From NCBI RefSeq assembly GCF_009914755.1, contig NC_060942.1: a stretch of DNA of 64,000 nt. The stretch is one strand, 5' to 3'. The notes below the pieces were generated by a model, which saw only the letters and a program-made list of their open reading frames with translations, did not search any database and had not been told where the DNA came from. The translations under genes were made by a program, and so were the position numbers. The first letter of the stretch is position 1; each line of letters starts with the position of its first letter. Below are positions 52,696 through 64,000 of this stretch, piece by piece. The stretch comes from the human T2T-CHM13v2.0 reference genome, Homo sapiens.

Positions 52696-55449
52696 ATAAT
52701 TGGAGACCCTCTGTTTTAGAATATATTAAACACAACGCCACAATAAATATAAGCCATATTTATTAAAGCCATTTATTGTTTGAGGAACTATTGTGTGTTT
52801 ACTAAATGAGAGTCTGGAGAGTACATGACTTCCACTCTCTCCTAAGACCGTGTGAGTCCTCATCACAATTCTAAAAGGCCATCTTTTGTGTGTGTGGTTC
52901 TTAGGCCCTGTGAAAGTCATGTCACACATCTCATGCAATTTGCTAGGCTCTACATTTTTTGAGCCTCAGAAATACTGATACTTCTAGCAAGCATACAGAA
53001 TAGACTAGGTATACTTACTTTTTGATGAGATGGTGAATGACAAATTTCAGACAGCAGGAAAAGCTCTAAGTGGTTTTTGCAAACAACAACTACTTTGTGT
53101 AGGAAGCTGTGGTGATCCTTTCTCCCACAGGAAAAAATGTTAAGAGGTAAACACGAGGTCTAGACCATGACCTAAAATACAAATCTGGAAGAAATTTTGA
53201 GAGACAGTAGGTTTCCATTTTAATGCCTTCAAAGTTTAGTTTCAAGCAAATGGTTGGAAACTTCCATTCTGAACTACATCACCTTCAAGAATCATCTGTT
53301 TTGGAAGCAGCCACCCCCACTTCCTTTCTTGATTATTCACTTATGTGAAAGTTGCACACAGTTGATAACTTATTATTGACAGTTTGTTTCCCTATTTTAT
53401 TACTTGATAATGATTTGAGAAATTCAAATGGAAAAAATAAAACTATTTCATCAAAATAGTAAGAGCAGTAATAATTCTCTTGGACTTTTAGTGTCCAGAT
53501 GATAAGTGATAAGGCTTTGATAGATCATCTTCTCCACAGGGCGTCAGCCACATCAATAAATGAGGCAGTAACTGTCATGAAATTAGAACAAAAATAAAAA
53601 AAAGATTGATTTTTTTAGAGAAGATATATATCAAACAATCCATTATCTCAGTCTTATATGAAAAATTATGTTTCTGATTATTACTTGTACATTGTATATG
53701 CTCTGTTTGCCCTACACTGGAAATTAGGGACAGAAGAAGAGTTATAAATTCAAAAGCATAATCAGGTTACAAAGAATACACAAAATGTGACTGTAGATTA
53801 TTCCAGGAATAGTGATTGACTTCGCATTCCCAGGAAGAAAAACAATAATATGTAATTTAAATGAAAAATCTAGGAGGTGTTTTGTGATTATGTATAATGT
53901 GAAGAAGGAACAGCTGGAAAAAAACTAAACAAGACTGCAAAGGATTTTAATTCTCTGGGCAACAAGACCTGAATGAACTGTCTCACAATGATCTTTAAAA
54001 CAAGGATGTTGCTGTTTTTAAGAAAAAGTATAGAAATTTACCTCTGCATATGTTCACACACACACAAAAGGAAAATTAATTAAAATAGAGTATTCCATGA
54101 AAGTCATTAAAATGCTAGCACAAAGTGATGGAGTACTGAATTTAAATTTTAGATTATCTTTTGGGACCAGTGCTCTTTGAAACGCACTTGAAGGAACAAT
54201 ATTTTTACATATTTCCACTGCTTCCATTTTATTTTCTACTTTTAGCTCTTCTCCCTGTCGCATCTCTTAAGGTTTTTCAGCCTCCTCAGCTTTTCTTTTC
54301 AGCAGTTCCCATTGTTACTGTCCTTAGCCCCTTTTTTCTTCCTTTCTCCCCAAAATACCAAGAGTGGCTTTGTGGTATTTGGTTTGCCACCGAAACCTTT
54401 TGCATGTGGTGTGAATGGGGTAGTTTGTTGCTCAGGTTCAATTCAGACATTGAACCCAACACACAGCCCCAGCTGGCCATGTAGTCCCAGAGCCATTGTG
54501 GGTGTTGTCACCTGTACACAGCTGACTGTGCCTCTGTGAGTCTCTTGTGTCCTGCTCGTTCCAGCCACCCTTGCAATTCAGGCAGGGGAGGCTCCAGGCC
54601 TGGGTGGGGCAGTAGCCTTCCCATGGCTCCCCAACTTCCTTCCCTTCCCTTCTTCAGTGAGCCTGCGTATTGCTGCCCAGTTGTTCTCAAGGTACTGTTC
54701 TGTTATTTTCTGTGGTTCCTTATTTACTAAATTTAATCTGGGCTGTCCTACCCAGTGAGCAACACCCATCCCACCATAAAGCCTCAGTTCCAAATCCTCT
54801 TCCCAATCACCCCCAGCCCCTGCTCCAGACCCTGCTCTTGAAGCTAGTATGTGACTCCAGAGGCCCCTTTGTTCTGGCTTATGAGGCACTCTTCCCACCC
54901 AGCGTTGAAGCCTTCCCGGTCCTTCCAGCCCATTCATTATCGCAGCCTCTGACAAGGAGCCCTCCCTCATCCCCTCCACTCTTCCCCAGCTGGACTCTGT
55001 AGCTTACCTGTGACACTTAAGGCTTCTGGCCTTATTTACTGTGGTCAACTCCCTGAAGGAAGAGGCACATACTCAACTCTAATTCCCCTGCAGAGCCTTG
55101 TTCCAGTACCTTGAGCACAAAACGTACTAAATAAGGGGCTGCTAATTCGGAGGCTGTGGAAGCCAACATGAGCCACACATATGAACAGGACAGTGCTGGC
55201 CCACGTTCACGGCTTCGTCCCTTATATTTAGAGGGAACGTCAAGTGTCACAGGGATGCTTCTGTATCTCTGATCTGAACACTGGTCACACCCCTCCCCAA
55301 TGTAAGTCTGAGTGGGGATCACCCCCTACCTTTTTTTTTTCCCCCTCCTCTTCCCCTTCTTCATCCTAACTAGGAGGAGTGAAGAGACGGCCCAGGGCTC
55401 TGCATGCTCTTGGATACAGCCACAGCCCCACTTCCCACCCTCACTGTTG

Positions 55450-57126
55450 GCTCGTGGCCATCAGGATTGCTCTCACTGGCCCACCTTCCCCTTCTCTCTC
55501 ACGCCTTAGCCCCCTTCCAACCCTGTCTTCTGTGTCCTTGGAACTCCTGGTTGGCTACCAGCAGATCCCACCCATGCCCAGCCTGGGACATCCCTCCCTT
55601 CCCTCTTCTAGACAACTTCAAAACTTTTTGGCCTGAGATTTCTCACACCTCCGTTCTGGTCCTCAGTCTCCCCTCATCTTCTTGGTTCCTTTTTCCCTGG
55701 GAAAATGAAGCCATCAAAAGAGACCTTTCAAATGCTCTGCTCCCAGACCAGCGCATCTGCCAAGAGCCTGTGCATTGCTGCATGTGTGGCTTTCTGCTGT
55801 TCCTCTGGGTGAAACATCAGCCCTCGTGGTTCTGCGCGCTGGTCTCACCTCCCGCCTCTGCAAGGGCTTCCCTCCAGCAGGCAGCTCCTTTCCCTCCCGC
55901 ATCATCAACTTGCCCTCTCTATGGTATCATTAGCATTCGCATTCAGAGATGCTGTCATTTCTCCCATCTTAAGAAAAAAAGACTGTTTCGTGATCCCTTT
56001 CTTCCTCTCTGGCTGCTCCGTGCGGATGCTCCCTGTGTCTGTATTCGCCTGGACATCCGCCTCCATGTGGCTGAGTTCCATCCTCCTTGACCCGCCATTG
56101 TTTCCCTTGTTCACTTCCTAAGTGTCCCCCGGCCGACTCATGACTGTAATCACCATCTTTTTTATGACAACCTCAAATTTATCTTCTACACCCAGATCTC
56201 TCCCCTGTATATCCATCCAACTGCCTACTTGCTATCTCTTTTGTATGTCAAATATCTCAAACCTCATTGGTCCAAAACTAAACTCTTGGTCTGCCCACCC
56301 ACCCCTCCAAACCTGCTCCTCCTGCAGTTCTCGCCCTGTCAGTTAGTAGCAGCTGTGTCTGTCCAGTGACTCCTGCCAGAAATCTGGTTGTTATCCTAAC
56401 ACACTCGACATCCAGTTCATCGGCAAAACTGATGGCTGGACTGTCACAGCGTGTCTCAAGTTTGATGGCATCTTGCCACCTGCACTGCTACCTTCTCACT
56501 CCAAGCCATGAGTGTCTTCCCTGCATCTTCGTAATAGCCTCATAACTGAGGTCCCTGCCTCCACCGTGGCCTGCTACAGCCTGCAGTACACACGGCTGCC
56601 GGGATAGTGTTGTTGAATATAAGCCAGATCAAGTTCCTCCTCTGCTCAGAATCCTCCCAAGGCTTCTCAAGCAGAGAGAGTCCTTCCAGCTATCTAAGGA
56701 GGTGTCCCCACCCTAAAATTATGCTTCACCTTCTCCGCAGTTCACCGCACTCCAGTCACACTCAGTATTTCAGTCTCATTTGCACCTTTTCCCTTTTTCT
56801 CCTCCCTGGATGTCACTCTCCCACTCCCTTTCCTCTTTCAGGTCTCTGCTCGAATGTTATTTTCTCAGTAATTCCTTCTCCAATCCCCCATCCTAATAGC
56901 TGCCTTGCCTTCACCCCCCAGCCCACTCCCCTTGATTTTTCTCTACAGCTAGCCTGGCCAGACACTGCCTACAATATTGGTTTACCTTGGTGTCTGTCTT
57001 CCCCACAAGGATTTAAGTTCCATGAGGTCAGAAGTTTTTGTTTTGTCCATCTGCTCACCACTGTATTCCTTAAACAGTGCTTGGCAAGCAGTTAGCTACT
57101 CAATAAATGCTTGTTGAATAAATGAA
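55450..57126 (+). mobile_element. Long LINE-2 (L2a-like) 3' segment, 5' boundary approximate
   Basis: C/T-rich L2 motifs (tccaaaactaaactc, ccctccaaacctgctcctcctgcagtt) and a canonical tail cagtgcttggca...ctcaataaatgcttgttgaataaatgaa. Confidence 0.78.
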
Positions 57127-60100
57127 GAATATTGCTGGATTTTTTTCCTCCACATTCAAGGTCAACCTCGTACTAGTCACCACCGTGCAAAGTTCTGCAG
57201 CTGAGCTGTCCCTGCGGCTCTTCCTAACCCTGCCACTCCCCTCCCGTTGGGAAAGCTTCCCGTTCACTCGGGGTGAAAGCAGCCCGTGCTGTGGGCAGCA
57301 TGGTCAGTAGCTCTGGGCATCACTGACAGCCTTCATGGCCTTCTGGGCTTGTACCCTTGGATCTTCTGGGAAAATTTGTGCAGCCAGTTCAGTAGTCAAA
57401 ATTGGGCCCAGACCTCAAGCCAGTGGCTGAGTACATCGTGTTCTCAGCCTGGCTTGCTGCTGTTATTTAATTTAATGTTGAACACTGGGCCAAAGTGGAA
57501 TTGTTTTCTGCCAAGTTGAAAACCAGCTAAATACTGCATTGGTTAATCATTCCATTTGTTTTGAGTTTTTTTGTTTGTTTGTTTGTTTGTTTTACATACT
57601 AGATGTTATAACTGAAATCTTAATGCAATTTGACTGGAATACCACTCTTTTTTATTTTCTTGGCCATTATAAAAATAATAACCAGCGTTATCACTAGGAG
57701 TCAGTAGACTGGGCATCTGTGAGGATTATGCTCTATGATTTTAGCAGTCTCTTAATCTCCCTGTAATATTTAGCTTATTCACCAGTGCAATGAATACGAT
57801 ACAGTAGCAGGCCTAGATAATATCCACTGATAAATGGACACATGCAAGTTTATTCTCTTCAAAAGGAACTAAATGCACACTGCTGTCCTAACAGAATACA
57901 CACAAGAAGAGAAAATGCCTTTTAATAAGCAATTAAAATTTATACGAAAAAAAGGAAAAGTTTATACCATGAGAAACCTGGCAAGAAAATAACAAGACCG
58001 AGGGGGAAATAGAATGAAAACAACTCTTTTGCCAAGCAGTTTAGAAATTATACTGTTAAATTCATAGATTTGGGTGAGGAAAAATAAACAACCATCAGTT
58101 GCAACCATGTTCTGTCAAAAATATCCCCTGTCCAAGGCCCGCTGACAGGTCATAACCAGAACCACATGTTCCCAAAGCAATAAAAGAGGAGAGAGGAGCA
58201 TCCTATTTAAGGAGAGCCTAAAGATGTTCATTTCAGGCAGGGATAGAGGGACAGGGCACAGGCAGGAAAGCAGGAACTTCCTGGGCAAGGGGCCTGGAGT
58301 CAGTGACACCCACCCATCAGGTTATCCGAGGGCTGTTTGTGTTTACACTGATGCTTCTGCAGAGTCCTAAACCCAAACACCCGACTCAACCGGATGGCCA
58401 CTCCCAGGCAGCCCTCCCACCTTTTCTGAGTCACTGTCCCATTTAGCGTGGTTGCTACCGTCATCACGTTGCAACTGTGTCAGGCCAAGATAGAACATTT
58501 CATTCCCTTGACCTGCAATGTGAAATGAGTTAAAAGTCAGTGCTAAGAAATGATAATACTGAGCTTCCACAGGCTGCATAGCAATGTGCATGCTGCTTCC
58601 TAAAGGGGATGAAAGGCTGCAGGTAACCACCCCTCCTTGGCCCAAAGCAGAATAGTCATTCATCAGTTCCCACAGAGCCAGACCCTCCTCTACTGAGTGT
58701 TCACAATGTATGCATTACATGTGTGCTATTTTTATATTAAAATGTCTTAAGGTAAATAAGTTTTTCTAAACATTTTTTCCCAAGTGTTGCATTTAGTGAC
58801 ATAACTTAGTTACAAAACATACCTTAACTCATCTATTTAGGAAATATACATGGAGAGCCAGCTATCTATAACTAGTGAGATAAATGGAATGGCTTCCAGT
58901 ATGTCAACATTTGGAAGAATAAAACCAATTTGATTTTATTTTAAAAATTTGTTTTAATTGGACACAAAATCAAAATGGAAAAACAGACTTTTTTCAGTTT
59001 CGTGAATTTCAAATGTTACTTCTTTTTGTATAGATTGCTTATTTAACTTAAAAAAATTTTGTTTATCCACATACACATTTTATCTTTAGGTTTTTCTTAG
59101 CAATTTGTTTAATGTGACAATTTCCTCCCAGTCAGCCACCTGGTGATATGTTCCAATAGAATATTGGAGTGGTGTATTTCAGATGTAATTACCATAAAGG
59201 ATAATTAACATTAATACCTTAAAGATTTAACTGAACAACTAGTTTGAGGGATATTCATTGAATCAAAATAGCAGGACTTATTCTCGACATTGTCAGAAAT
59301 AAAATTGACCTGTAGAGGCTTCTTCAGAAGGGTTTTTATTTCATAAGGTGTGTTTTTTGCATCATGGCTGCTGCTGTTGCGGCTCTCAAATGATTGGAAT
59401 ATGCTTTGTCATGGAAACACTGACGAGCTTCCAATTTGCTTCTTCCCTGACCTTGACTCACTTCCTGGGGTCAGTCTAATGACTACAGCCATGTTCAGAA
59501 TGCAGGGCCTCATGTATAAAATCTCACCAGGAATAACTTTGGAAAGAAACATCATTTACATGTTCCCAAAGGACACAAAAAAACAGATGGAAGGTGATAT
59601 CTGGCACTCCCTCTTTCTCAGTGATAACTCATTTTAGAGTTTGTCCTCCTGGTCTTGGGGGCTCAGACACAGTGACAACTAAGGTTTTCGTGAGTCAGGT
59701 GACGTAGGAGTGGAAAACCTCATGACAGAGTGGAAAGAGCTGGTTTACAAACACTCCGATTTAATTACATTTTTACCAACACAAAAAGAAAATTCTAAGG
59801 AGGAAAATTTGGACATAAAATTCCTCCATTCGGAATGACCTGTCACCTAGTAAGGGTGGTGTGGCTCAGAGCATCATCACATTCTGATTTTAAAAGTACA
59901 AGCCCTTTTACAAAGGAGTCTTTTTAGGGAATTGAACATTGCATTCCTAATATTTTTCATCCTGAATGCACTTAGCAGAGGAAACGTATATTTCATCAGA
60001 CATGGATTTGACATTCCATTACATTGTAGTAAACGGGACAAACATGTCTCATGTTTTAGACATGAGAAAGGGGAGCTAAGACAGCCACCACCACTGTAAG

Positions 60101-60767
60101 ACCCTGGTTATCTCATTTAAACAGATTTTAAATGTGGGTGCCAGTGGTGTGATCATCAGCCGCTTCCACTTTGTGAATAAATTGCTTAGAAGGAGTCTTT
60201 TGCCTACCAGATGTGACCTAGATTTAGATTTCCAAAGGCAGGGGGAAAAAACTCTATTGTGTTAAAAAACAATTGCTGGTAAAAATGCATGGTAAATGAG
60301 CTTATCTCAGTTTTCCAGGTGTTTGGACTAATATGTTATGGAATTACTGCTTCGTTTATGAAAAATAACTGAGGAAAATGTTCCAGCAAATCAAATTTGG
60401 ATAAAGGCTTAGGGATAGCTATTGTGCTGTTAGTAAGTTTTTAAATGGCAGAAAGAGCAGGAGCCAATAGAGATAATAAAATAATATTTTTCTAAAAAAA
60501 AAATGTTTGAGAAGAGTCTCATAGAAAAGGGTCAGGCATGGGTGTGCTATCCAGCTTGTATATGGTTTAGTAAAATATTGAAGAACAATGTGAACAATTA
60601 CGCTGCTTTCAGTGCATATGAAAGCTGTTTAAAAAATCAAAGCTTGTCTGTCTGCTGGCTCTGATAAGTCTTATTACTCTGTTAAATGCAGCGAAATTTT
60701 TTAAACTGTGGCATCTTTATTCTCTCTTACCTACAGTCTCTCCTTTTTCATTTCCTTTCATCTTCAG

Positions 60768-60900
60768 GAGCTGCCACTCCGAAACCAGTCCCAGAACCCG
60801 AGAAACAGACAGACCATACAGTTAAAATTGCTGGAGTCATCGCGGGCATCTTGCTGTTCGTGATTATATTTCTTGGAGTTGTGTTGGTAATGAAGAAAAG
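60768..60900 (+). CDS. PTPRM: PTPRM transmembrane exon (GAATPKPVPEPEKQTDHTVK-IAGVIAGILLFVIIFLGVVLVM-KKR), 133 nt
   Basis: Long pyrimidine tract ending tcttcag|GA and donor AAAAG|gtgagc. Phase 1 in. Encodes a 22-aa hydrophobic helix followed by basic stop-transfer residues. Confidence 0.97.
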
Positions 60901-61452
60901 GTGAGCTCCTAGCTGTTGCCAAAGATACAGTTATATCCCATTGTTTGCTGGAATGTTTTGTGTGTGTGAAAATTCTCAGTTACTGAACTGGCTTTGATAA
61001 CCCAGACACATCTGTGACTCTGTGATTGTTAACATTTTTCATCATGTGGCATGGAAGGTTATGGGACAAAAATTTAGAGTAAATGGCTATGATTCTGTGT
61101 GAATACGCAAAGCATATCATATCAGAATAACCATCCTGTGTCTTCCCACACAGTGGCAGATAAAGCTCTGCAAAATCTTAGAAGCCACTTATTCACCAGG
61201 AAATGTTTAGTACTGATTTCCAACATACTAAGACATTTGGTAATCACAAAGATATGAGAAGACTTTACTTTTTATTATAGTGAGGATGATGATGATGACA
61301 GATTTTATGGGGCCTGTGTTATATGTAGGCACCGTGCTAGGGAAGGTCATCAGCACAACATCCATGAGAAAGAGAACCCGCAAAAACAGCCTGACAGAAA
61401 AATGCAGCGCGGGAGCAGCTCGTGTTAGAACAAATCACAGAGCAAGTGGTGT

Positions 61453-61740
61453 GGCTGGGCACCGTGGCTCATGCCTGTAATCCCCGCATTTTGGGAGGTG
61501 GAGGCAGGTGAATCATTTGATCACTTTATCCCAGGAGTTCGAGACCAGCCTGGGCAACATGACAAAACCCTGTCTCTACAATAAATACAAAAATTTGTTG
61601 GGCGTGGTGGCACACACCTGTAGTCTCAGCTACTGGTGAGGCTGAGATGGGAGGATCACTTTGAGCTATGATCACTCCATGGCACTCCAGCCTGGGCAAC
61701 AGGGCAAAACCCTGTCTCCAAAAACAAACAAACAAACAAA
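61453..61740 (+). mobile_element. AluJ with right-arm deletion and (CAAA)n tail
   Basis: Sense dimer. TSD-like aagt(g/t)gtgt. Confidence 0.9.
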
Positions 61741-62437
61741 GTTGTGTGTTACAAGAGCCAAGGGATAGTCTGGGGGAGAGAAAAACAGATATGGCCATAA
61801 TAAGTGATCCTCACCTCCCATACTTGAAAACTATGCAGTGTCTTGTTTTGTGGAAACAAGCAAAAACTTGCTTAATAATAAAATCTTCGATTTATGTAAA
61901 AATCAATACAAAAATATAGATACTAAGAATTGATGGCATAAAGTTTCCCAAATTGAGGGAATATGTGGATCTTGTTCTTTTCTCTATTGTTTCGAAACAG
62001 TTGTAGTCATGCATTGAGAGTGAGTTCATGGATGGGAGAAGGTAAAGGTGGAGAGGTTGGCAGAGTGAAGACTAGAAACTCTGATCTGGTCATGGAAGGA
62101 GGTTGACCTTGGGCCTGAGACTGTTGATGGCCTTTGAGTAGGTGGTAACATGATCTCATTTTTAGGAATATAACTCTAACGTTAGGATTGGACACAGTGA
62201 GGAGGGGAGAGAGCTCAAATCAGGAAGACCAGTAGAAGGAAGAGAAAGAGCAACTTTAGAAACAGTTAAGAGTTAAATTTTAGTAGCCATTTGGAGAGAG
62301 AAGGGACAATATAGAAAGACTTAGAATAGTTCCTGGTTTGGGCAAGTTAGTGGAGATATTTCTGTTCACCAAAATGTGGAACATAGGAACTACAAAATGG
62401 GGTGGGGGCACTAAAAATGGAGAGTTCAGCTTTGCAC

Positions 62438-64000
<1,563 letters not shown>

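Noticed and set aside
55404-56090. Longest ORF in the track (228 aa)
   Set aside because: It lies in C/T-rich degenerate L2 sequence, has L/P/S-biased composition, and shows no recognisable domain or exon structure.
60731-60770. Alternative acceptors for the TM exon (ctacag at 60736; CAG-GAG tandem)
   Set aside because: The upstream AG adds 31 nt and shifts the frame. GAG acceptors are rarely used.

Overview
Repeat-rich mammalian genomic DNA. The Alu, L1PA and MST content makes it primate, and the exon peptides match human PTPRM as I recall it. The window is an internal + strand segment of PTPRM (receptor protein tyrosine phosphatase mu). Five canonical GT-AG exons (2800-3001, 5878-5980, 30616-30889, 31921-31957, 60768-60900) splice into one open frame with phases 0/1/2/0/1/2. 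They encode the distal FNIII repeats, the RPRR convertase site, the stalk and the transmembrane helix, probably exons ~10-14. The introns hold a near full-length Tigger1 fossil, Alus, MaLR LTRs, MER DNA transposons, L2, MIR and a 3' L1PA. Three signals stand out: (1) a CpG-rich, frame-preserving 75-nt cassette exon candidate at 39372-39446 that would add 25 aa to the extracellular stalk; (2) a 44-bp near-perfect hairpin at 36953-37050 that I cannot assign to a repeat and whose substitutions are G-U compatible on the sense strand; (3) a 105-bp inverted templated duplication (8386-8490 and 9673-9777) between two head-to-head truncated Alus. No prokaryotic-type system, CRISPR array or recognisable RNA gene was found. 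Repeat family names are from recall of consensus sequences, not from a search.
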